Shown: positions 41,416 to 50,662 of the stretch, in pieces
Layout: the number at the start of each line of letters is the position of its first letter
Numbering within the stretch: the stretch's first letter is position 1
NCBI GenBank assembly: GCA_965218695.1
Contig: OZ244651.1
Location: 1,824,001-1,888,000 of the forward strand
DNA: 64,000 nt
Source: Nitrosopumilus sp.
GTDB lineage: Archaea > Thermoproteota > Nitrososphaeria > Nitrososphaerales > Nitrosopumilaceae
Direction of reading: 5' to 3'
Notes under the pieces: generated by a model
The model's database searches: none
The model's input: the letters and a program-made list of their open reading frames with translations, nothing else
Told to the model about the DNA's origin: nothing
Position numbers and translations under genes: made by a program

Positions 41416-43080
41416 TTACGTGGTGGCCTGGGCCGCGTCATGGAACATCTGGGACTTGGCACAACCCGCTGCAAGCTCGTCGCCTGCGCCGCGCCTCATC
41501 AAACCGCGATAAAGGCCGTCTTCAAGCTTGACTCCCTCGCGTTCCTCCCATTCCTCGACGGTGATGGAGTATTTCTTTTGGATCCTGTCCCGGTACCATT
41601 CGGGAATGACGTTGAACGCGCAGAAGGGAACGATTCTGAGGTCCGGCGTGACATAGTGGATGTCGCACCTCTGCAGTCTCTCAAGATCCTCGTTGTACTT
41701 GTCCTGGAAGTGCATCATGCCCAGGAACAGCCCCTTGACATGCCACGAGCCTACCGAATCAAACGACCTCTTCATGAGGATGTTGCCAAACATCTTTGCC
41801 AGATCCAGGCCGGCCGGCTGCTTCTTGGTGTCTACAAACCCTTTGAGCTTTCTTACCACTTCCAGCATCGTAAAGTACTTGTTCTTGCCGGAGCGGATCT
41901 CTTCGGCCTTGTCCTCGAAGAGTTCCAGCATTCCCTGGATGTCGCAGAACTTGGTGAGCGGGACGAACTTTTTGGTCTCCGCGTCTTCAAAGATGTACGT
42001 GCCTGCGCCGCATGCAAAGTGGATCGACAATTCATACTTTGGCTTGCTTGAGAAGGCCTCGATCACGTTGGTCAGCGGCATGCAGCTTGGAACCGGGAAC
42101 CAGTCATCCACTGTGACCTCGCCGTTTGTCTGCTCCTCGATCCTCTGAATGCAGTCTGGTATGGTGATTCTGTATTTTTCACGCTCAGTCTTGCCCATTC
42201 GTCCTGTCAGGGAGACTGGCTGGAAGTTTACTGCATGGACCACGTCCATGTTCTTCTGGGCGTATCTGATGATTCCGCCTAGTTCGTGATCGTTGATTGA
42301 CTTGATTACCGTGGGGACAAACACCACAGTCGTGCCGGTCTTTCGGCAGCTGTCAAGGGCGTACGGGATCTCCCAGTGGTTTTTGGGGTTGGTCCTTGCG
42401 GTGACGCCGTCAAAGGATAGATAGAGATTGTTGCATCCGGCAAGCCTCACCTCGCGCGCGGCCTCGGGATCCATCGCGTGCCTGATGCCGTTGGTGTTCA
42501 TCTGGATGTGGTCGACTCCCTCCTCCTTCATTATCTTGATGACATCGGCGATGTCCTCGCGCAGCATCGGCTCTCCGCCTGTTATCTGCATGGAGTTGCC
42601 TGGGATTGGTCGCTCGGCCCGAAGCGTCTTCATCATGGCGCGCACCTGTGTGTGATCGGGCTCGTACATGTATGCGCCCTCGAGTCCCTTCTTGACGTAA
42701 AAGAAGCAGTACCAGCAGGTCAGGTCGCACCGGTTGGTCACTATCATGTTGGCAAGGCCGCTGTGCGACAGATGGTTTGAGCATAATCCGCAGTTGTTTG
42801 GGCAGGAGCACCTGTCAACCATCACGTTTGGAGCATGGGCACCCTTGCCGTCCATCCAGTAGGTGCTGAACTTTTTGTACATCTCATAAGAGCCAAAGTA
42901 GAGTTCCTCGCATTCGCCGTGGGTTGGGCAGACCTTGGTCATGAATACCTTTCCGTCCCTCTCAAAGACTTCTGCATCCAGAATCATGTTGCAGTCGGGG
43001 CATATGCTCTGCGTGAACCGGATCGTGGACTTTTTGCCCAGGTTTTTAACCGCCTGGTTGGATATCTGGATCAATGCCAT
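41416..43080 (-). CDS. tes: tetraether lipid synthase (radical SAM, GDGT macrocycle formation)
   Basis: N-terminal CPDC...CPTH, CPNNCGLCSNH, radical SAM CDLTCWYC, and H..CG and RC...PFC motifs. Confidence 0.88.
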   Translation of the reverse strand: MALIQISNQAVKNLGKKSTIRFTQSICPDCNMILDAEVFERDGKVFMTKVCPTHGECEELYFGSYEMYKKFSTYWMDGKGAHAPNVMVDRCSCPNNCGLCSNHLSHSGLANMIVTNRCDLTCWYCFFYVKKGLEGAYMYEPDHTQVRAMMKTLRAERPIPGNSMQITGGEPMLREDIADVIKIMKEEGVDHIQMNTNGIRHAMDPEAAREVRLAGCNNLYLSFDGVTARTNPKNHWEIPYALDSCRKTGTTVVFVPTVIKSINDHELGGIIRYAQKNMDVVHAVNFQPVSLTGRMGKTEREKYRITIPDCIQRIEEQTNGEVTVDDWFPVPSCMPLTNVIEAFSSKPKYELSIHFACGAGTYIFEDAETKKFVPLTKFCDIQGMLELFEDKAEEIRSGKNKYFTMLEVVRKLKGFVDTKKQPAGLDLAKMFGNILMKRSFDSVGSWHVKGLFLGMMHFQDKYNEDLERLQRCDIHYVTPDLRIVPFCAFNVIPEWYRDRIQKKYSITVEEWEEREGVKLEDGLYRGLMRRGAGDELAAGCAKSQMFHDAAQATT

Positions 43081-43190
43081 GCTTGATCAATACGAGATCT
43101 GATATTATATAATGTCTTGCACCTTTACCCCCGTGTGTAATTTAGGCATTCAGGCGTGACTTAAATAGAAAGCAGAGCCGATCAGATCGC

Positions 43191-43958
43191 ATGAGCATAT
43201 CTGACAAGACCAAAAAGTCCCTCGAGAAGATCGGCATGACGGGGTACGAGGTAAAGGCCTTTGCAGTACTGCTAAAGTCAGGGAGGCAGAACGCCTCGAA
43301 TTTAAGCCAAAAGTCAGGCGTGCCGTACTCCAAGATTTACGAGGTGCTAGGCACGCTGGAGGAGAAGGGCTGGATAGACTCTGACGAGTCGAGGCCAACT
43401 GTGTACTCTGCAAAGTCGCCTGCAACGGGACTGGAGACTACAAAGCAGAACATGGACGACGAGTTCGTAAGGAACCAAGGGGTGATACTGAGCGAGCTGA
43501 TGCCGCTGTACGAGGGGAGCGGGACCAGTGAAAAGCCCGACATCTGGGTGCTCTCAGGCACGATCAACATCGCATCCAAGATTCTTGAGATGGTGGATGC
43601 GTGCAGGAACGAGGTGATGATCGCGATACCGGAGGCAGGAGAGGAGCTGGTCAGGCAGGCGCTGCCAAAGCTGAGATCGCTGTATGACAGGAAGATCGAC
43701 ATCACGGTGCTGACATCAGACAAGATGGACGCAGAGGCCATCAAGGCCATCAAGAGGATTGCGACTGTAAAGATCAAGGAGGGACTGTTTGGCGGGGGGA
43801 TAATATCGGACAGGAGGCATGTCATTATCCTGCTGGGACCGGATGTTGTGGGCTCAAACCAGTCAGAGGTGATCGCTATTTGGGCCGACCATGCCGGGCT
43901 TGCAGGATTTGCGCGCCAATACTTTGAATATTTATTAAAAGACTCGAAGATAGGATAG
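43191..43958 (+). CDS. TrmB-family transcriptional regulator
   Basis: SGVPYSKIYEVLGTLEEKGWI HTH plus effector domain. Confidence 0.9.
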   Translation: MSISDKTKKSLEKIGMTGYEVKAFAVLLKSGRQNASNLSQKSGVPYSKIYEVLGTLEEKGWIDSDESRPTVYSAKSPATGLETTKQNMDDEFVRNQGVILSELMPLYEGSGTSEKPDIWVLSGTINIASKILEMVDACRNEVMIAIPEAGEELVRQALPKLRSLYDRKIDITVLTSDKMDAEAIKAIKRIATVKIKEGLFGGGIISDRRHVIILLGPDVVGSNQSEVIAIWADHAGLAGFARQYFEYLLKDSKIG

Positions 43959-43962
43959 TAGT

Positions 43963-44415
43963 ATGGACGAACCTGTTACTAATGACGAGGCTCTGTTTGT
44001 GGGGACTGCAGAAGCCGAGCACGTGGAGATGTACCTCAAGGCGATATGGCACATCAAGGAGAGGGGCGAGGATGTCAAGATTAGCACCATCGCCAAGACG
44101 CTCAAGGTGAGGCAGCCAAGCGTGGTGCAGATGCTAAAAAAGCTCAACACCCGGGATCTGGTAAAATACAACAAGACCGGGGTGAGGCTGACAGAGGACG
44201 GCAAGGCGATAGGCTCCAGCATGATGAGGAACAGCCGGCTGCTTGAGGTGCTGATGAGCAACGCGCTAAAGGTGGAGATTGACGAGGAGATGGTGTGCGG
44301 GATTGAGCATCACATGAAGAAGCAGTTTACAGACGCGCTGTGCACCATGCTGAACCATCCAAGGGAGTGCCCGCACGGGCACGAGATTCCGATGGGCGAA
44401 TGCTGTTCGGTGTAG
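43963..44415 (+). CDS. DtxR/MntR-family metal-dependent repressor
   Basis: EMYLKAI, RLLE, CGIEH and CPHG motifs. Confidence 0.9.
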   Translation: MDEPVTNDEALFVGTAEAEHVEMYLKAIWHIKERGEDVKISTIAKTLKVRQPSVVQMLKKLNTRDLVKYNKTGVRLTEDGKAIGSSMMRNSRLLEVLMSNALKVEIDEEMVCGIEHHMKKQFTDALCTMLNHPRECPHGHEIPMGECCSV

Positions 44416-44430
44416 TAGTAGTAGTAGTAG
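44412..44430 (+). repeat. (GTA)6 microsatellite, giving six in-frame TAG stops
   Basis: GTG TAG TAG TAG TAG TAG TAG at the end of the repressor gene. Confidence 0.95.
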
Positions 44431-45026
44431 GGACCGGTTGCCTGGACAGGCATTTGTGGGAGGCTTTATGATTTTTCATTATTCGTGTCGTGTCCTCTGA
44501 TGGTTGGGCACTCCTAACGCAGTAAGCGACAAACGTCTCGCCCATCTTCTCACCCAAACCACAGGAGAATGCCCGGTACTCATTGGAATCATGCAGGGCG
44601 TGCATGAGATGTTGCAAAGAGCGATCCCAAGACAGGGATCCACCCACAGACGGAATCTGGAACAATGTAACGCTTGCAGGGACTTTTTTTCCCTGCAAGG
44701 GGAATCGGCGGGCAGGACAACGCCTGCGGGGGGGGGGGTTCTGCCGCAGACACTTGTTATCCGTTCGACTTGGCTGGTTCGGTTTTTTCATTGCCGTCCT
44801 TTCATACGACTACATGTCATGGAGCATTCCCAGACAGACCCACAACTCCCAAGCGGCAGGTTGGCTGTCTGCCGGGTACCTTACGCGGAATGCCGCCGCG
44901 CCGCGGGGAGAGGATCTTCGAGTCCGCCCGCTTCGAGCCCCACAGCTGGGGTGAACGTCTTGAGATCCCACACGAAGAGGCGCCAATCATAAGCTTAAAA
45001 TCATCTAGCAATGGGAGACGAGCAAC

Positions 45027-45761
45027 ATGGGTAAGAGACCGCTAGTACGAAGGCGAGGCCGGGGAGGCAACCAGTTCCGATCCACGTCCACTGGAAAGGT
45101 GGGTGCCAGGGCAATCTATCCGCGCTTTGCCCTCTCAGAGCAGCACGCAGGAGAGGTAATCGATCTGGTTCATGAGCGCGGCCGCGAGGCACCGCTGGCC
45201 AAGATCAGGTTTGAGGACGGGTCGGTCTCGTTCGTTCCTGCGGTGCTTGGAACCAGGGTCGGAGACGTCCTGCAGTTCGGGCTAAAGTCAGGCATCGAGA
45301 AGGGAAACGTCATCAGCGTCCAGAACATTCCTGATGGAACCATAGTGTGTAACGTTGAAAAGCACTACGGCGACGGCGGTGCCATAGTAAAGTCGGCAGG
45401 CACCAATGCAACCATCTTCTCGCACGGAGAGGAGGGGGTAACAGTAAAGCTGCCATCTGGCAGGTTCACGACACTCAACCCAAAGAACAGGGCCATGATA
45501 GGCACGCTTGCAGGCGGAGGAGCCGGCGAAAGACCGTTCATGAGCGCGGGCGGAAAGTGGCGCAGCTTCAAGGCAAAGGGCAAGAAATACCCGATCGTGC
45601 GCGGTGTGGCCCAGGCAGCATACGTGCATCCGCACGGAGGAGGACGCCACCAGCACGTAGGGCAGAGTTCCACCGTGTCAAGGAACGCGCCGCCGGGTGC
45701 AAAGGTCGGCAGCATCGCAGCCCGCAAGACCGGCAGGGCCAGAATCAAGGACAGAAGATAG
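45027..45761 (+). CDS. rpl2: 50S ribosomal protein L2 (uL2)
   Basis: MGKR...RGRG start and VRGVA...HPHGGG motif. Confidence 0.97.
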   Translation: MGKRPLVRRRGRGGNQFRSTSTGKVGARAIYPRFALSEQHAGEVIDLVHERGREAPLAKIRFEDGSVSFVPAVLGTRVGDVLQFGLKSGIEKGNVISVQNIPDGTIVCNVEKHYGDGGAIVKSAGTNATIFSHGEEGVTVKLPSGRFTTLNPKNRAMIGTLAGGGAGERPFMSAGGKWRSFKAKGKKYPIVRGVAQAAYVHPHGGGRHQHVGQSSTVSRNAPPGAKVGSIAARKTGRARIKDRR

Positions 45762-45808
45762 TTCTTCTGGCCTAAAACTGATTAATAGTTTACATATCCA
45801 CTATATTG

Positions 45809-46087
45809 ATGCCCCGCCAGAGAATCCGAATCATCATTACTGGAAAGGTCCAGGGAGTGTTCTTCCGCCAGACCCTCAAGGCGATTGCAAGAAAGAACGA
45901 CGTCTCAGGATGGGTCAGAAACCGCAAGGACGGCAGGGTGGAGGCCGTCCTGGAAGGGGACATGTCCGACGTGGGACGGCTTGTAGAATGGGCGCACGGC
46001 GGGCCTGCCAACGCAAGGGTCGAGGACGTGGAGATTCGAAACGAGAAGTTCACCGGCAAGTTTGCAGAGTTTGACGTACGGTACTAG
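45809..46087 (+). CDS. acyP: acylphosphatase
   Basis: GKVQGVFFR and GWVRN motifs. Confidence 0.93.
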   Translation: MPRQRIRIIITGKVQGVFFRQTLKAIARKNDVSGWVRNRKDGRVEAVLEGDMSDVGRLVEWAHGGPANARVEDVEIRNEKFTGKFAEFDVRY

Positions 46088-46419
46088 GTGATCTCTTCGT
46101 ACGCCCTTTTGAGGATGGTGCCTCCGGACCCTGCAAGATCCTGGCTGTTCTTTATCCTGATCGTCTGCGCAGGCTCCTTTCTGCTCCTCTGAACCTTGAT
46201 GAGCAGCCCGTCGGATTCTGGCTCCACGTCTGCAAACCATCTAAACGTCATGGTCTTGCCAAAGACCACCCTGTGCATCCTGACGTCTTCTACCACGTTG
46301 GAGCCAAGCGACATGCAAAAGTCCCTTGCCGAGTCAAACAGGGGCCTCACGTTCTCAGGGACACTCCGCGCAAAGTCATCATAGCCCCTTCTGCCGCCCG
46401 GTGAGAACATACCGTCCAT
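46084..46419 (-). CDS. hypothetical protein (possibly DUF5655-like)
   Basis: 111-aa ORF with a convergent overlap on acyP; natural composition. Confidence 0.65.
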   Translation of the reverse strand: MDGMFSPGGRRGYDDFARSVPENVRPLFDSARDFCMSLGSNVVEDVRMHRVVFGKTMTFRWFADVEPESDGLLIKVQRSRKEPAQTIRIKNSQDLAGSGGTILKRAYEEIT

Positions 46420-46456
46420 GACATGGGATGATCAAACTCTGATTATAAAGGTAATA

Positions 46457-46770
46457 GTAGTAGCCCTGCCGGTCCCACTCCATACCAGCAACCCCATCTC
46501 AAGGCGTACAAGATCCGCCACGTTGACGGGGAAGCGTGGATGCTCCACCTTAGGATTGCTCCCTCCCGGACCTCATCCATTTCGGCGGTTCGGTCTTGGA
46601 AGTCATCCCTTCGGATAATTCCAGCCCTGCAACCACCCGCCCCGGCGTGATTTCATATCCGCACGCCAAGCGGGAATTGCCAATCTGGAGATTTACCCGG
46701 CAGTTACTGATCTCTGCGTATAGCCGGTTTCAGAACGGGGCACGGCTGGCACCCCAATCCTCCCTACTAC
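46457..46770 (-). ncRNA. ffs: archaeal signal recognition particle (7S) RNA
   Basis: Helix-8-like AGGUCCGGGAGGGAGCA; termini GUAGUAG/CUACUAC pair; about 314 nt; Alu-like 5' region. Confidence 0.9.
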
Positions 46771-46787
46771 CACGGTTTCTAAAAACA

Positions 46788-47747
46788 TCATGTTATATTT
46801 GCATTAGGTTTGCCCCCCTCCTTGAGACCCATAACGGTACTGCACACGGAGCACACCTTGCCGGTACACGAGTTGCCGCACCTCTGGCAGGTCGTCCGCT
46901 GCTTGCTCCCCGCATCCCTCATGTTCTGGGAGACTCTCAGAACGGACCGGTACATGTTGTTTTTGATGCCGCTGTGCCCTGCCTCAAGCGAGTTGAGAAA
47001 CTCCCTGATCTCTGTGCGTATCCCCTCGTTCATGTGCGGGCAGGGCTCGGACTGGAACGGCAGGTTGTTTGTAAAGGCGTAAAAGACGATCTCGGACTCG
47101 TATATCTCGCAGAACGGCTTTATCCTTCGGGGAGGGGGGGCGGCCTGCGCCCCGGGATCCATCCAGCCTATCCTCTCCGAGTCCCCGGAGAGCATGTTTA
47201 TAACAAAGGTCTGGAGGATGTCGTCCAGGTTGTGTCCCGTGGCGACTACGTCTGCCCCGATGTCCCGGGCGGCAACATCGATGGCGCGCCTCCGCAGGGT
47301 GCCGCATATGGAGCACGAGGACGTCTTGGCACCACTACTCCCCCTCAGTTCGAGTGCCTCCTCGAGTGTGATCTCAAAGAGGTCCTTGTACGAGTATACG
47401 GTGTGTTTCACCCCCAGCCTCTGGCAGAAGTCCTCGACGATCCCGAGCGCCTCGTCCCTGTACCCCGGGATTCCCTCGTCCACTGTTACGGCCCTGATCC
47501 TAAAGTTGTGGGTAGACTCCATCTGGTGCATTATCTGCAGTAGGGCAAGGGAGTCCTTTCCTCCGGACACTGCCACTGCCACAAGGTCGTCATTCTGGAC
47601 CATGCCGTACCTCGAGATGGTCTTGGCAGTCTTTCGCATTATGGACTCTGAAAAACACTGAGAGCAGTGGCTCTGCCCGGAATACTTTCGGGAGTATACT
47701 GCCTGTCTGCCACACCTGTCGCATCTCACAGGCTCGTATGACACCAT
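46788..47747 (-). CDS. tRNA 2-thiolation protein (NcsA/TtuA, TIGR00269 family)
   Basis: Terminal CxxC fingers, SGGKDS PP-loop, CSICGTLRR, TGHNLDD and CPH motifs. Confidence 0.9.
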   Translation of the reverse strand: MVSYEPVRCDRCGRQAVYSRKYSGQSHCSQCFSESIMRKTAKTISRYGMVQNDDLVAVAVSGGKDSLALLQIMHQMESTHNFRIRAVTVDEGIPGYRDEALGIVEDFCQRLGVKHTVYSYKDLFEITLEEALELRGSSGAKTSSCSICGTLRRRAIDVAARDIGADVVATGHNLDDILQTFVINMLSGDSERIGWMDPGAQAAPPPRRIKPFCEIYESEIVFYAFTNNLPFQSEPCPHMNEGIRTEIREFLNSLEAGHSGIKNNMYRSVLRVSQNMRDAGSKQRTTCQRCGNSCTGKVCSVCSTVMGLKEGGKPNANIT

Positions 47748-47899
47748 ATCATTAATGATTCTTGCGAGCAGTTACTTTTGTAATCTGAGATTTGACTGTA
47801 TCTTGTTCTGTAGTTGGTTCAGGAGGTGTTATGTTTCATCCGAGAAACTGGGCGCGCGCCAGATCCGTTTTGCGTGTTTTTTCACATTTAATTTCCTAA

Positions 47900-48090
47900 A
47901 TTTGATTACGGCTTGAAAAGCCTGTTTCGAGGCGGCCTCATGCATGCGGACGCTGTTGATCAGGCTGAATTCCCTGCGTCATCTGGTTATCAGGTTGTTG
48001 ACGTCAAACTGCGTCATTCTGGGATGCGCCAGCTTCATCAAGAGTGACCGAATTACTCTGACTCCGTGTACCATGACAGCAGGCATGAAG
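47900..48090 (-). pseudogene. possible decayed transposase C-terminal fragment
   Basis: Translates to ...HPRMTQFDVN...*RREFSLINSVRMH, loosely like REFNIITGLVNL of the ISL2-like transposase. Confidence 0.25.
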
Positions 48091-48156
48091 TTAATGAAAG
48101 TGGCGAAAACCTTTGCCTGAAGATTCTTTAGAACTAGGGGAGGAGCTCCAACAGCC

Positions 48157-49353
48157 CTAGATGGTAAACCAGCCGGACTTTACATAGGAGAGGGCGATGT
48201 TGAGTCCAAACAGCACAAACGTAAAGGCGTAGATCCCCCACATGATGCCGTTTACCGTGCCCTCTGAGGCCCTCTTGTCGATTATCGTGTGGATGAACTT
48301 TCCCCCGTCCAGAATGGGAAGCGGAAGCATGTTGATTATGCCGATAAAGAACGAGATCATCCACAGCCACAGCAGGAACAGCGAGACGTTGGGATCATTC
48401 CACTCTATAAAGTTCATCACCGGCTTGTAGGCAAAGGAGTTGTCCCTCATGATGCCGATGAGGCCCCGGTCGGGGTCGTCAGGCGATTCCATTACGTCCA
48501 CGTCAAACTGCATCTCCTGGCCGTTCCTGATGATCTCAACGCCTGCTACGTCACCCGGATTCAGGCCCGGAAAGTCGGCCGGGCTTGCAATCGACCGCCC
48601 GTTTATCGACGTGATGACGTCGTTGGGTGCAAGTCCTGCAGATTCGGCCCCCGACCCATCCATTATGGATAGGATCAGGACGCCGTCGGGTGCCTCGTAA
48701 AACACGCCCAAGATCGGCTCTGGCAGCACTATCGCAAAGAACGGGTTTGTCAGGAGGATGACGCCGAGTGCCAGTGCAAATATGACGTTTGAGGTGGCGC
48801 CTGCACCGATCACCCTCATCTTTGAGATCTTTTTTGCCTTGTTGAATTCCTCCTCGTCAGGCTCCACAAACCCTGCAAACATTGCAATGAATATGGCAAA
48901 GCCGCCGGTCTTGATCTTTATCCTCTCAAGGGCCGCCACGATCCCGTGGGCCCCCTCGTGCATCACCAGGACGATTGGGATTGAGAGCAGAAAGTATGCA
49001 ATTGAGGAGGCAGAGGTAAGGGTGACTCCAGGGATTAAAACGGTCAGCTCGGCAAACTCTTCTTCTGCCACGAAAAAATTGGCAACGTTGTTCAGCAGGA
49101 ACCAGAAGGCAAATCCCATCATGAGAAACCCCGCAACCACGCTGACGTCTGCAAACACGCGGATTCCGCGCCGCGTCCTGCCCAAAAGCCTGACGAGGAC
49201 GTCGTTGACCTGCCTGTTCTTGTACGTGAGGCTGTACGCCTTTATGTCAAAGCCGTGCCTGTCAAGCTTGAGGCCCTTTGCTGCTATCAGTATGACCACC
49301 CATGCAACCAAAACGTAGATGATTGCGTTCTGGGTGATAAAATCAAGTTCCAA
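48157..49353 (-). CDS. site-2 protease (M50) with a PDZ domain
   Basis: HEGAH, AGATSN and NMLPLPILDGG motifs plus a PDZ region. Confidence 0.92.
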   Translation of the reverse strand: MELDFITQNAIIYVLVAWVVILIAAKGLKLDRHGFDIKAYSLTYKNRQVNDVLVRLLGRTRRGIRVFADVSVVAGFLMMGFAFWFLLNNVANFFVAEEEFAELTVLIPGVTLTSASSIAYFLLSIPIVLVMHEGAHGIVAALERIKIKTGGFAIFIAMFAGFVEPDEEEFNKAKKISKMRVIGAGATSNVIFALALGVILLTNPFFAIVLPEPILGVFYEAPDGVLILSIMDGSGAESAGLAPNDVITSINGRSIASPADFPGLNPGDVAGVEIIRNGQEMQFDVDVMESPDDPDRGLIGIMRDNSFAYKPVMNFIEWNDPNVSLFLLWLWMISFFIGIINMLPLPILDGGKFIHTIIDKRASEGTVNGIMWGIYAFTFVLFGLNIALSYVKSGWFTI

Positions 49354-49402
49354 ACTGTTGCAGGCTTTGTATGCAACAGACATTTATCGGTTACTGCAAC
49401 AG

Positions 49403-50649
49403 CAGCTAAGCGAAATGTGCTTTGATCTAGGCAAAATCTGACAAGAATGCAAGCAGATCAATAAGGGTACGGCCCTATGGTTTTTGTTGTCTAGACAAAA
49501 AACCAAGCAGGGCCGCGATCTACTGAACAATCCAAGAATATATCAAGATGTCGCAAGCGGCATGAAAAACATGCTTGCCTGCGCCAACACGTCAAACAGG
49601 TACAATGCGGTATTTGGAACAGACAATCTAAATCACGGCATGCTGAGGGGAGCCACCATGGATTCGTCCGTAGGCGGGTGCGCAAACGCGGTAAAGCGCA
49701 CGCACTGCGACGCTCCCTCCGACAGGTGGCATGCATCGGCAATCAAGGGGATGGAGCAGGGCACGGTTCAGCGCGCATTCGAAGAAATGGTGGCAGTGCA
49801 ACTTGACACATTCAAAAAACTGGGCAAATTCCCAAAAGAAGGACTGGACATCGCAATCGACATGCACCTCATACCGCGTTATGACCGGGCACCCGGAGGG
49901 GAGCTGACCCGTTCCAAATACAAAAACGGAACCACGTATTTTGAGCGTTACATGACAGTCCAGTGCGTAAACGACAAGATGCGCATGGTCCTTGCAGCAT
50001 CATACCTCAAAAGGCTCGAATTCGTGCCTGATTACGTGGATGCAGTCCTCAAGACCATGGCAGGGATGGGCATCAGGATCCGCCTGGCGCTGCTTGACCG
50101 GGAATTCTTCTCAGTCGACACGATAAGCAGGCTGCGGGCAAACGGCGTAAGGTACCTGATGCCGTGCAGGAACACGCCCAACGTGGTGGAAGCCCTGCAG
50201 GATTTTGCACAAGGAAAGAGGGAAAGGATCTCAACAAACGTGATTGAGAACAACCAGGGCTCCGTCGAATATTCCATGATAATAACTGAAAGAAAAAACG
50301 CCAAAGACCCTGATGTCCCGGAAGAGAAATACATCGGGTTTGCAACAAACCACCCCACAATCAAGACGGAGGCTTATGCCAAAAGATGGGGAATAGAGAC
50401 CGGGTACGGTAAAATCGAGGAGTGCAGGGCCAAGACGCGGATTTCGGACATGGAATCGCGGATGTTGTGTTTTTACTATTCCCTAACATTGTACAATGAA
50501 TGGATAATCGTCAGGGCAATGCTTTCTGACGGTACCGAAAGGCAGAGTGTCATGACCATGCTCACGTTCAAGGTGCAGTTGGAATCACTCCTCATACGCC
50601 AGTCCAAACCGCCTACCTGATCTCAGATGAGGCACTTTTCGCTTAGCTG
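49403..50649 (+). mobile_element. ISH3-family element, 1247 bp
   Basis: TIRs CAGCTAAGCGAAA / TTTCGCTTAGCTG; 5-bp duplication AACAG at 49398-402 and 50650-54. Confidence 0.92.
49484..50620 (+). CDS. ISH3-family transposase
   Basis: IAIDMH, LLDREFFS and YAKRWGIETGY motifs. Confidence 0.88.
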   Translation: MLSRQKTKQGRDLLNNPRIYQDVASGMKNMLACANTSNRYNAVFGTDNLNHGMLRGATMDSSVGGCANAVKRTHCDAPSDRWHASAIKGMEQGTVQRAFEEMVAVQLDTFKKLGKFPKEGLDIAIDMHLIPRYDRAPGGELTRSKYKNGTTYFERYMTVQCVNDKMRMVLAASYLKRLEFVPDYVDAVLKTMAGMGIRIRLALLDREFFSVDTISRLRANGVRYLMPCRNTPNVVEALQDFAQGKRERISTNVIENNQGSVEYSMIITERKNAKDPDVPEEKYIGFATNHPTIKTEAYAKRWGIETGYGKIEECRAKTRISDMESRMLCFYYSLTLYNEWIIVRAMLSDGTERQSVMTMLTFKVQLESLLIRQSKPPT

Positions 50650-50662
50650 AACAGCTATATCC

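Noticed and set aside
44583-44954. tnpB pseudogene call
   Set aside because: Only a vague resemblance (LGWFGFF..LSY, RNAA); no RuvC or zinc-finger motifs, so kept only as an unexplained region.
46596-47543. 315-aa plus-strand ORF
   Set aside because: Antisense shadow of the tRNA thiolation gene and the SRP RNA; no motifs.
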